Assembly (NCBI GenBank): GCA_963796275.1
Contig: CAWCKY010000006.1
Location: 1,120,001 to 1,184,000, forward strand
Direction: 5' to 3'
Length of the DNA stretch: 64,000 nt
Source of the DNA: an uncultured Acidobacteriota bacterium
Lineage (GTDB): Bacteria > Acidobacteriota > Blastocatellia > RBC074
Part shown: positions 30,710 to 41,354 of the stretch, piece after piece
Numbering within the stretch: position 1 is the stretch's first letter
Layout: every line of letters begins with the position of its first letter
Notes under the pieces: generated by a model
Told to the model about the DNA's origin: nothing
Databases searched by the model: none
Seen by the model: only the letters and a program-made list of their open reading frames with translations
Translations under genes and position numbers: made by a program

Positions 30710-33622
30710 ATGAGTAAGGTTAGAATTTACGATTTGGCGAAAGAATTAAAACTCGAGAGCAAGAAAGTGCTTGAAGATGCCCGGCGAATGGGTGTTGACG
30801 TAAGCGTCCCGTCAAATACGCTCGATGATAATATCGCGGCGAAAATCCGAGAAATGTACTATCCGAAGAAGGAGCAGACGGCCATCCCTCAAAAAGCACG
30901 TTTGATCAAGCATCATCCGGCGGCGCCCTCGGCGGACACATCGCTGGCATCCCAGACAACCGACAACGCGACAGGACAGACCCGGGTTGAAACTCAACAA
31001 TCTGCCGCTGCTCCACAGGCGGCGACGTCGCAGCCTGTTGTGCAGGCCAAAACCGCGGCTCAACCGGCTGTCAAATCAACATCGGTACAAGCTGAGGCGA
31101 GAAATCAACCTGTGATTAATGATTCGCCGAAGGCGCGGGTCGTTAAACTCGTTGCGCCGCAGCCCATTGTTCCAAAAGCCGAGCCGGCGCCCCAGCCGGA
31201 GCCGGAGCCGGAGCCGGCGATTGTTGAGGCCGAAATAGCCCCCGCACCGGAACCGGCGGCACCGGTGATCGCTCAACCGGAACTGGAAAAGAAGGAACCG
31301 GTCGTCGAGAAACCAGCTCCGGTCGTTCACGAGACGCCAAAACAGCACGCTAAGGTGGCGGCGCCTCCATCGCCGCCGGCTGTCTCCAGTCACGGACCGA
31401 AGTCGCCGACCGGGACGAAGGTTATCAAACTTGCGCCTCCCGCAGGTCCGTTGCCGAAACCGCAGCCGAGGCCGCAGCCACAGAAGCCGCCACAAAGGCC
31501 GCAGCAGAGGCCGCATCAGAAACCGATGCCGCCGGGTGCCCATCGAGAGAGAACGATCACCGCCAGATCGGGCGATCGCACTTCCGTCAACCCGCAGCTC
31601 AGAGAAGGCCAGCGCGAGGCGCGCGATAAGGAAGTCCACATACTGCCTTCCGGCGCGCAGCAGCGGACCGTCTACATCCCGCCGCAAAACCAGCGCCCTA
31701 AGGGCCGTCATCAGGTGCGGAAGGACAAAGAAGCGAAAGATAAGGAAGGGCAGCAGAAGATGGTACCCCGCCGCCAAGTTGCGGCAGGTCCCGCGGCGCG
31801 TCCGGTTCACACGGAATTTAAACCGGTCCGCATGGTCGAAGGCAGCACGGTGCGCGAGTTTGCCGAAAAGATCGATACCAAGCCTCGGGATATAGTGACG
31901 ATACTCATGCATCGCGGGGTGATGGCGACTATCAACCAGACGATCAACCCCGATGTTGCGCGGGAGATCGGTAGAGATTATGGTTTCGATATTTCGTTCG
32001 GCGATTACGAAGAGATGATCGTCGAATCGGAGTTCGAGATCACGCCCGAAGCGATGGAAGACACCGATATGCGCGCCCCGGTGATCACGGTCATGGGACA
32101 CGTCGATCACGGCAAGACCAGTCTGCTCGATGCAATTCGTGTGGCGCGGGTTGCCGAAGGCGAAGCGGGAGGAATCACGCAGCACATCGGCGCGTACTCG
32201 GTCGAGGTCCCGGACCCCGACAATAAATCGCGTTTGAGGCGCGTTGTCTTCCTTGACACGCCCGGCCACAAGGCCTTCACGATGATGCGCGCCCGCGGCG
32301 CCCAGGTCACCGACATCGTCGTGCTAGTCGTCGCCGCCGATGATGGTGTCATGCCGCAGACGATCGAAGCGATCGAGCACGCGAAGGCCGCTGAGGTGCC
32401 GATACTCGTCGCGATCAACAAGGTCGACAAGCCTGACGCCAATCCTGATCGCGTCAAGAAAGAGCTGGCTGATCGCGGCCTGTTATGGGACGGGTGGGGC
32501 GGCGAGACGACGATGGTCGAGGTTTCGGCGAAGAAGAAACAGAATATCGAGGGCCTGCTCGAGATGATTCTGCTGAGCGCCGATCTGCTCGAACTCAAAG
32601 CCAATCCGAGACGTATGGCGACCGGCACCGTGCTCGAGGCGCAACTCGATCGCGGCCGCGGCGCCGTGGCGACGGTTCTCATCCAGAACGGCACGCTACA
32701 GATCGGCGAACCGTTTATCGTCGGGAATTTTTTCGGCAAGGTCCGCGCATTGATGAACGAACACGGCGAGCGCGTTCAGACGGCTGGCCCGGCGACGCCC
32801 GTCGAGGTTCTGGGTCTGGAGGGAGTGCCGGCAGCGGGCGACCAGTTCCAGGTCGTTGATGACGTATCGAAGGCCCAACATATCTCGCAATTCCGCCAGA
32901 CCAAGGCCCGCCAGATGGCGTTGGCGCGCTCGGCGGCACGCGGTCTCGATCAGCTGGCCGCACAGCTCGAATCGGGCGAGGTGAAGGAGCTGCTCGTTAT
33001 TCTCAAAGCCGACGTACAGGGATCGGTCGAGGTGCTCAAAGACACTCTGCTCAAACTATCGACGGAAAAGGTCAAAGTGCGCATCATTCGCTCGGGGGTC
33101 GGGGCCATCACGGAGCATGACGTCCTGCTTGCGAGCGCGTCGAATGCGACTGACACCAGCGCAGCGACGGTCATCATAGGCTTCAATGTGCGGCCGGAGA
33201 CGCGAGCCGATGAGGTCGCTAAACAGGAGAATGTCGACGTCCGCCTTCATTCCATCATCTACAAAGTCGAAGAAGAGATACGCCTTGCGATGCTCGGACT
33301 GCTCGATGCGACGCTCAAGGAGGTTGTCATCGGGAAGGCGGAGATTCGCAATGTAATTCGTGTTCCTAAAGTGGGATCCGTCGCGGGTTCGATGGTCATC
33401 AACGGAATGGTCAAACGTGGCGCGCATGCGCGTCTCATCCGCGACAATGTGGTCATTTTCGAAAGCCATATCGGGAGTTTGCGCCGCTTCAAGGACGATG
33501 TCAGCGAGGTGCAGCAGGGATTCGAGTGCGGAATCACGATCGAACGATTCAACGATTATAAACTCGGCGATGTGATCGAAGCGTACATCATCGAGGAAGT
33601 CGCTCCGACAAAATTGGATTAA
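30710..33622 (+). CDS. infB: Translation initiation factor IF-2
   Basis: VRIYDLAKEL; MGHVDHGKTSLLD; GGITQHIGAY; DTPGH; NKVD. Confidence 0.98.
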   Translation: MSKVRIYDLAKELKLESKKVLEDARRMGVDVSVPSNTLDDNIAAKIREMYYPKKEQTAIPQKARLIKHHPAAPSADTSLASQTTDNATGQTRVETQQSAAAPQAATSQPVVQAKTAAQPAVKSTSVQAEARNQPVINDSPKARVVKLVAPQPIVPKAEPAPQPEPEPEPAIVEAEIAPAPEPAAPVIAQPELEKKEPVVEKPAPVVHETPKQHAKVAAPPSPPAVSSHGPKSPTGTKVIKLAPPAGPLPKPQPRPQPQKPPQRPQQRPHQKPMPPGAHRERTITARSGDRTSVNPQLREGQREARDKEVHILPSGAQQRTVYIPPQNQRPKGRHQVRKDKEAKDKEGQQKMVPRRQVAAGPAARPVHTEFKPVRMVEGSTVREFAEKIDTKPRDIVTILMHRGVMATINQTINPDVAREIGRDYGFDISFGDYEEMIVESEFEITPEAMEDTDMRAPVITVMGHVDHGKTSLLDAIRVARVAEGEAGGITQHIGAYSVEVPDPDNKSRLRRVVFLDTPGHKAFTMMRARGAQVTDIVVLVVAADDGVMPQTIEAIEHAKAAEVPILVAINKVDKPDANPDRVKKELADRGLLWDGWGGETTMVEVSAKKKQNIEGLLEMILLSADLLELKANPRRMATGTVLEAQLDRGRGAVATVLIQNGTLQIGEPFIVGNFFGKVRALMNEHGERVQTAGPATPVEVLGLEGVPAAGDQFQVVDDVSKAQHISQFRQTKARQMALARSAARGLDQLAAQLESGEVKELLVILKADVQGSVEVLKDTLLKLSTEKVKVRIIRSGVGAITEHDVLLASASNATDTSAATVIIGFNVRPETRADEVAKQENVDVRLHSIIYKVEEEIRLAMLGLLDATLKEVVIGKAEIRNVIRVPKVGSVAGSMVINGMVKRGAHARLIRDNVVIFESHIGSLRRFKDDVSEVQQGFECGITIERFNDYKLGDVIEAYIIEEVAPTKLD

Positions 33623-33688
33623 TGATTCGCAGATAGTCGGCTATGGCTGGAACTTAACTTCTGCGAACCGGCAATCCGGCAACCGATT

Positions 33689-34042
33689 ATGCAATATCGT
33701 TCCCACAGGCTGGCTGAAGAGTTGAAGAACGAGATCAGTGCGATCATTTCTCAGGAATTACACGATCCGCGCGTCGGGTTCGCTACCGTGACTGAAGTCA
33801 AAGTCAGCCCGGATCTGCGATATGCCCGGGTTCTCATCAGCGTGTTTGGGTCGGCCGAGGAAAAGCAGCAGACGCTCGATGCTCTGACGGGCGCGACCGG
33901 TTTTATCAGGCGTCAGATAGGCGCGCGCATAAGGCTACGTTATACGCCGGAGTTGACCTTCGATTACGATGAGTCTGTCGAACGGGGCGACCGGATGATG
34001 CGGCTCATCGAGGAGGTCAACAAGGATTTAGGGGAAAATTGA
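33689..34042 (+). CDS. rbfA: Ribosome-binding factor A
   Basis: DPRVGFATVTEVKVSPDLRYA; LRYTPELTFDYD. Confidence 0.96.
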   Translation: MQYRSHRLAEELKNEISAIISQELHDPRVGFATVTEVKVSPDLRYARVLISVFGSAEEKQQTLDALTGATGFIRRQIGARIRLRYTPELTFDYDESVERGDRMMRLIEEVNKDLGEN

Positions 34043-34199
34043 TGGTGTATTGCGGGAATTCACCAGAACAATCAATCGTGCGAAATGCAAATGCGGCAGA
34101 GAAATGCGATTTCTCTCTCTCCCCTGACCTCTTGATGTCTATGCCATTTTCGTGATGTTAAATCCCGCATTCCGATATGCATGATCGACGCTCCTGAAT

Positions 34200-35186
34200 A
34201 TGTTGGGACAGGTCATCGAACTTATTGAAAAGCACGGCCGCTTCGCCATCACATCGCATGTCAGGCCCGATGGCGACAGCCTCGGGTCTTCGCTGGCGCT
34301 CTGTTGGATATTGCGCGGGCTGAAAAAAGACGCCGAGGTGATAATGTGCGATCATGTGCCGCATGCCTACTCGAAACTGCCGGGCGCTGAAGACGTCCGC
34401 GTGGTGACTGACATCGACCGTGATTACGATGCGGTCTTCGTCATCGAATGCAGCGACGTCACGCGGCCCGGATTACCGGGATTGAAAGATCAATTCGTAG
34501 TAAACATCGATCATCATTCGACGACCGCCCTTTTCGGCGATATTAACTGGATCGATTCGACGGCCGCTGCGGTCGGCGAGATGATTTACAACCTGGCCAA
34601 AGCCATCGGCGCTAAGATCACATCTGAAATTTCCAGTTGCGTTTACGCCGCCTTGCTGACGGATACCGGATCGTTTCATTTCTCCAACACTACCGAACGC
34701 ACATTTAAAATCGCGAGCGAGCTCGTACGACATGGCGCGCAGCCAGCCAAACTCTCGCAAGCTATCTTCTACAATTATCCTTACACCAAAGTCCGGCTCG
34801 TGGGAGAAGTGCTCTCGACGCTGGAGCGGGATGAATCGGGCCGGATAGCGTGGATCAAGATGACGAAAGATGTCATGGACAGGACCGGCGCGACCGAGGA
34901 CGACTCCGACGGCATCATCAATTATCCGCTCACGGTCGGCGATGTCGAGGCAGTCGCCTTCTTCCGGGAATTGTCCAACTCAACTTACCGCATCAGCCTG
35001 CGTTCCAAGAACCGCGTAAACGTTGCGCGCGTCGCGGAACACTTCGGCGGCGGCGGACACTGCAACGCCGCTGGCTTCACCATCAAGGCCGGATACGACC
35101 AGCTCAGCCGCGAAGTCATAGCAAAGTTGAAAGAGGCGGTGACTAACGCCCCGGCAACAGTCGCGCGCGAAATCAAACCGAGATAA
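34200..35186 (+). CDS. nrnA: DHH/DHHA1 oligoribonuclease / pAp phosphatase
   Basis: SHVRPDGDSLGS, NIDHH, DTGSF, GGGGHCNAAG; position after rbfA. Confidence 0.9.
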   Translation: MLGQVIELIEKHGRFAITSHVRPDGDSLGSSLALCWILRGLKKDAEVIMCDHVPHAYSKLPGAEDVRVVTDIDRDYDAVFVIECSDVTRPGLPGLKDQFVVNIDHHSTTALFGDINWIDSTAAAVGEMIYNLAKAIGAKITSEISSCVYAALLTDTGSFHFSNTTERTFKIASELVRHGAQPAKLSQAIFYNYPYTKVRLVGEVLSTLERDESGRIAWIKMTKDVMDRTGATEDDSDGIINYPLTVGDVEAVAFFRELSNSTYRISLRSKNRVNVARVAEHFGGGGHCNAAGFTIKAGYDQLSREVIAKLKEAVTNAPATVAREIKPR

Positions 35187-35190
35187 GGAA

Positions 35191-35251
35191 AGTTTTCAGT
35201 TTTCGGTTTTCAGTTGGAAGGTCTCGATCATCAATTGAAAACTGAAAACTG
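35191..35251. repeat. Heptamer-repeat hairpin, same family as 28801-28897
   Basis: AGTTTTC AGTTTTC GGTTTTC AGTT...AATT GAAAACT GAAAACT between convergent genes. Confidence 0.85.
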
Positions 35252-35268
35252 GTTACAGGGTCGCCGGA

Positions 35269-35775
35269 TCAGAATCGGAAACTCAACCCAACGCGAAAGC
35301 TCGGGAAATGGTCGGCGCTGGCATAAAACAGCGGAATGTGATCTCGCACCTCAAAACGCGTTCCTACACTATCTTTGAACCAATAAGTTAATCCGCCGCC
35401 AAAATTGCCGCCGAGACCGTTGCAGCCGCCGATAGATGCGTGGCAACCGCCAAATAACGTAACTCCAGCAGTCACAAATGGCACCACTCTTTTTGACTTG
35501 CTCGCGTTCAGGAAGTGATATGACGGATTGACGGATACCAGAAAACCTGAATTACCGAAAACGCCCGGGCCGACAACGCCTATTTCACCGCCAATGCCGA
35601 ATCCCTTAAAAAAGATTCCTTCTCCTCCGATGCCGGTATGCAGACTGACATGCTCTCCATTCTGGCTCACCAAAGGTGATGCGAAAGCATAGCCGTACCC
35701 CCTTCGCTCATTTGGGGATTGCGCAAAAGCTAGAGCTGGCGTTAGAGCAATAAAGATCAGCATCAATTTTATCAT
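35269..35775 (-). CDS. Small outer-membrane beta-barrel protein (paralogue 2)
   Basis: Signal peptide, Gly/aromatic alternating strands, C-terminal RVGLSFRF; similar to neighbour. Confidence 0.75.
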   Translation of the reverse strand: MIKLMLIFIALTPALAFAQSPNERRGYGYAFASPLVSQNGEHVSLHTGIGGEGIFFKGFGIGGEIGVVGPGVFGNSGFLVSVNPSYHFLNASKSKRVVPFVTAGVTLFGGCHASIGGCNGLGGNFGGGLTYWFKDSVGTRFEVRDHIPLFYASADHFPSFRVGLSFRF

Positions 35776-35910
35776 TGTCATATCCTTTTGGAGAACGAAA
35801 GATGTTTTGCTCATCTCACCGGAGTGCAAAGTTGATGCTTGGGAGAAGCGAGGAAGATTTTATTGTTCCCTTGTCTGCCGTTCTCCTGCTTCTTCCCCCA
35901 GCTCGTTCTG

Positions 35911-36405
35911 CTACCGGAAAGTAAACCCAACACGGAAACTGGGATGATGGCCAAACCCTGAATATATCGGGATCTGATCGCGCAGTTCTATGCGCATACC
36001 TATCCGATCCTTGAACCAATAAGTAATGCCTCCGCCGAAGTTGGCTCCGATAGCGCTCTCGCCGCGAAAGAATAGCGAGAATCCGCCTGTCGCAAACGGC
36101 ACCAGCTTTCTGGACTTGCTCACGTTAATAAAGTGATAAGATGGATTAACGGAGAGCAGACCAAATCCATAATCAGATCTTGACCCGGACGGGCGGACAT
36201 AACCTATTTCACCGCCGACGCCGAATCCACCGCGAATGAATCCTTCGCCCCCGACGCCGGCATGCAGCCCCGTCTCTCCGGCACTCGGACGAACCGTAAG
36301 CCCTGTGAATGCATAGCCGTATCCATTCCTCTCCTTTTGTGCGGGCGCTTGCGCGTAGGATAAAACAGGCATCAGAACAACAAACACAACAATCAGTTTT
36401 TTCAT
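35911..36405 (-). CDS. Small outer-membrane beta-barrel protein (paralogue 1)
   Basis: GGAGGTGA RBS; MKKLIVV signal; SVNPSYHF, NFGGGITYWFKD, PSFRVGFTFR. Confidence 0.78.
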   Translation of the reverse strand: MKKLIVVFVVLMPVLSYAQAPAQKERNGYGYAFTGLTVRPSAGETGLHAGVGGEGFIRGGFGVGGEIGYVRPSGSRSDYGFGLLSVNPSYHFINVSKSRKLVPFATGGFSLFFRGESAIGANFGGGITYWFKDRIGMRIELRDQIPIYSGFGHHPSFRVGFTFR

Positions 36406-36473
36406 AATCACCTCCATCAGATCGTATTAACCATGTTTTTTTATCTCCACCACGTTTTCCGATTTGTTGGCAG

Positions 36474-36489
36474 AGCAATGCTGATGCCA
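36474..36489 (-). promoter_or_regulatory. Sigma54 promoter
   Basis: Minus strand TGGCAT-CAGCA-TTGCT, about 70 nt upstream of the OMP start. Confidence 0.65.
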
Positions 36490-36713
36490 TTCAGGTGGGC
36501 GTTATAACAGAAGTGTTTATCATCAAGCTGAAGCGGAATGATGATAGAATTAGGAAAGAATCTCAGCCATTTGTCGGGTTTTTCCGGCAGGATGAAAATT
36601 CAAGCGGCGATTTTGCGTAAGCGCCACGCGGCTTGCCGAAATAAGACCATCAGGTTAGCATGCGGCTGATCTATTCACGCGATAGTCTCTCATCATACAA
36701 ATAGGATCGAAAA

Positions 36714-38012
<1,299 letters not shown>

Positions 38013-38050
38013 TAATAGTTAATCAATTGAATCAAAAAGGAGAAATTGTA

Positions 38051-39409
38051 ATGGCAAGCAAGATCAATCGGCGTGATTTTATTAAGCAGAGCGCCGCCAC
38101 CGGCGCAGGGGCGGGGTTGACGCTGGGAGTGAATGATCACGCGCATGCATCGATCGTTGATTATGACCGCGGCGACACCCCGAACGGGCGCATCAACATC
38201 GGGTTTATCGGAGTCGGCGCTCGCGCGCAGCAGGTTCTGAGCGATGTGCTGGCGACGCCGGGTTTTGAGGTGGTTGCGATTTGCGATGCTTACCAGGGGC
38301 GTATTCAGCGCGCCACCGAGCGCACCAGCGGACGCGCGAAGATCTATAAAGACCATCGTGAGCTGCTCGCCGCGCCGGGCATCGATGCCGTCTATATCGG
38401 CACACCTGACCACCTGCACAAAGCGCATGCCATTGCCGCGCTCGAGGCCGGCAAAGACGTCTATATTGAAAAGCCGTTGACCTTTAAGATCGACGATGGC
38501 CTGGAGATCATTGCTGCCGTGAAGAAGACCGGGCGCATCCTTCAGGTTGGCAGCCAGAACATCAGCTCGCCCGTTCAGATCAAGGCGAGGGAGATAATCA
38601 GTTCGGGCCAGCTCGGGCAAATTACAATGATCCGTTCTACGACCAACCGCAATACTCCGGGAGGCGCGTGGATATATCCGATCCCTCCGGATGCCAACGA
38701 GCAGACGGTAAATTGGCAGATGTTTTCGGGCAATGCGCCGAAACAAGCGTTCAGTCTCGAGCGCTTCTTCCGCTGGAGGTGTTACAAGGACTATTCCGGG
38801 GGGATTGCGACCGACCTTTTCGTTCATACGATGACGACCATCCATTACGTCATGGGCGCACAGGCGCCGGACTGTGTCATAGCCACGGGCGATCTCTATC
38901 GCTGGAAAGATAGCCGCGACGTTCCTGATACGCTCAATGCGCTGATGCAATACCCAGAAGGGTTTACGGTGAACCTGAGCGCGACTTTCAACAACCAGTC
39001 GAGCGAACGGAGCATAGAGATACTGGGAACGAAAGGCACTCTCCTGATCGGGCGCGGTCTGACCTTAATACCTGAGGAGCCGATCGATGACAATGGATGG
39101 ATAGTCGCGTCCTGGTCGCGCGCGCTCGAAGAGGCATACTACAAATCGCCGAAGGTTCGCAACACCGAGGTGTCACAGAGATGGGATCCGAAGGTTGTTC
39201 AAACGGAGGAGACATGGCGGGCTCAGGGGCGCAACTCGACAGCCCTGCACCTCGAGCAATTTCAGAAAGCGATCAAAGAGCGCAAACAGCCGGCAGAAGA
39301 CGTCTTCGCCGGACATCGCGCCGCCGCCGTCGCGCATATGATCAATGCGTCAGCTTACCAGAAGCGGCCGGTTTTTTGGGATCGTTCACGCGATAACGTA
39401 AAGAGTTGA
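38051..39409 (+). CDS. Tat-exported Gfo/Idh/MocA oxidoreductase
   Basis: NRRDFIK signal; GFIGVGARA; TPDHLH; GKDVYIEKP. Confidence 0.9.
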   Translation: MASKINRRDFIKQSAATGAGAGLTLGVNDHAHASIVDYDRGDTPNGRINIGFIGVGARAQQVLSDVLATPGFEVVAICDAYQGRIQRATERTSGRAKIYKDHRELLAAPGIDAVYIGTPDHLHKAHAIAALEAGKDVYIEKPLTFKIDDGLEIIAAVKKTGRILQVGSQNISSPVQIKAREIISSGQLGQITMIRSTTNRNTPGGAWIYPIPPDANEQTVNWQMFSGNAPKQAFSLERFFRWRCYKDYSGGIATDLFVHTMTTIHYVMGAQAPDCVIATGDLYRWKDSRDVPDTLNALMQYPEGFTVNLSATFNNQSSERSIEILGTKGTLLIGRGLTLIPEEPIDDNGWIVASWSRALEEAYYKSPKVRNTEVSQRWDPKVVQTEETWRAQGRNSTALHLEQFQKAIKERKQPAEDVFAGHRAAAVAHMINASAYQKRPVFWDRSRDNVKS

Positions 39410-39418
39410 GTCAACAAA

Positions 39419-39472
39419 GAGCGCGAGCGTTAGCGGCGAGGCCGAATAATTTAGTCGCGCGCGCTAACGCTA
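39419..39472. repeat. Degenerate REP-like inverted repeat
   Basis: AGCGTTAGCG...CGCTAACGCT. Confidence 0.45.
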
Positions 39473-39505
39473 CCTATCTAGCGGTACCTGTTGGGAGGGT
39501 CACTA

Positions 39506-41076
39506 ATGGGTAGATTGATATCTGCCATCGCCATTCTCTTCTCGATCGTCTCTTATCAACCTGTAAATGAGAACAATCTTGATGGATTGAAGCAGGAGGC
39601 CGCCGGTGAGGTGGACAAGATGCAATCCTTCACGCAACAGATGGTTGACCAGATATTCAGTTATAGCGAGCTCGGTTTTCACGAGTATGAGACGACCAAA
39701 TACCTCACGGGCATCCTCGAGAAGAATGGCTTCAAAGTCGATCGCGGTGTAGCCGAAATGCCCACGGCCTGGGTGGCGACTTGGGGAAGCGGCAAGCCCG
39801 TTATCGCTTTCATTACTGACATCGATTGCATCCCCCGAGCTTCACAGAAACCCGGCGTGGCATATCACGATCCCATAGTCGAAGGGGCGCCAGGTCACGG
39901 AGAAGGGCATAACTCAGGGATGTCCGTCAACGTGACTGCGGCGATAGTGCTGAAACGATTGATGGAGAAAAATAGGATATCGGGCACGTTGAAGTTATTT
40001 CCCGGGGTTGCCGAGGAGCTGGTGGGGGCGAAAGCATTCTTCATCCGCGCGGGATTGTTCAAGGATGTCGATATCACTCTCGGTTCGCACGTCGACAGCG
40101 ACTTCACGACTTCGTACGGACAGGGCGAAAGAAACAGCGGGCTTGTTTCGGTTCAGTATCAGTTTAGCGGTAAGGCCGCGCATTCGGCGGGCGCACCGTG
40201 GTCGGGCAGGAGCGCTCTCGATGCCGTCGAGTTGATGAACACAGCCTGGAATTTCAGACGCGAGCATCTGCGTCTACAACAAAGATCGCATTACGTGATA
40301 ACCAACGGCGGCGATCAGCCGAATGTCGTGCCTTCGGAGGCTGCCGTCTGGTATTACTTCCGGGAAATTGACTATCCGAAGATCAAAGAGCTGTACGAAC
40401 TGGGGAGTAAATTCGCACAGGCTGCCACGATGATGACTGAAACGACGGTGACGCAGAGAATCGTCGGATCTGCCTGGCCCTCGCATTTCAACAAGGTGGT
40501 CGCCGAGATACAGCATAAAAATATCGAAAAAGTGGGTATGCCGGAATGGAGCGAGGCGGATCAAACTCTCGCCAAGGCCCTGCAGAAGGAGATCGGGGCA
40601 AAGGTCGATGGTTTGAAGTCGAAGATCAAAGCGCTCGAACCTCCCAAGGATCCTCTCGGTGGCGGCTCGGATGACATCGGCGATATCTCGTGGAATTGCC
40701 CGACCGTCTACCTTCGTTTTCCCGCTAATATTCCGAATCTGCCGGGCATGCCTGGCCGAACGCCGTTGCGATGGCCACGCCGATATCACACAAAGGCGCG
40801 ACCGCCGGAGCAAAGGTCCAGGCGATGACCGCGCTCGATTTTTTGCTCACACCGGAGTCGGTTAAACAGGCGTGGGAATATTTCCATAACGTGCAGACGA
40901 AGGATATCAAGTACCAGCCGTTGATCAATCCGGCGGATAAGCCTGCCATTGATCTGAATAAGGAGAAGATGGAGAAGTTCGCACCTCAAATGAAGAAGTT
41001 TTACTACGATTCGACCAAATACAAGACATATCTCGATCAACTCGGGATTCAGTATCCGACATTACGAAAGGAATAA
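39506..41076 (+). pseudogene. M20 amidohydrolase (AbgB-like) with one-base deletion at about 40744-40746; probably a sequencing error
   Basis: ELGFHEYET, GHGEGHN, AEE, AHSAGAPWSGRSALDAVELM, GGSDDIGD; adding one base to GGG restores PGHAWPNAVAMATPISHKG. Confidence 0.8.
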
Positions 41077-41266
41077 GAACAAAAGAGAGTACGACTCCAT
41101 CTCATCGATGACCCCAATATCGTAAATCCGAATTTTTGTATTCATTTTCAAATATTCGTTTCTTATTTTGTTGTCGCCGTCGAATTCATTGGTCCCGCAC
41201 CCTTCAATTTCAAGTATTTACTGAAGATTTCTGTTTTATTCCCATTATCCGGCAGATTATTTTGAA

Positions 41267-41282
41267 TGGAACGCATGTTGCT
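41267..41282 (+). promoter_or_regulatory. Sigma54-like promoter
   Basis: TGGAAC-GCATG-TTGCT upstream of the TonB-dependent receptor. Confidence 0.5.
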
Positions 41283-41354
41283 ATATTTATAGACCTAAAT
41301 ATCCCATCGGAAAAAACAGTATTCAAAATTCCCATAGAATCTTGAGGAGGACGT

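Noticed and set aside
40741-40750. Programmed ribosomal frameshift in the amidohydrolase (and in gntK)
   Set aside because: No canonical slippery heptamer or stimulatory structure was seen; a homopolymer indel is more parsimonious
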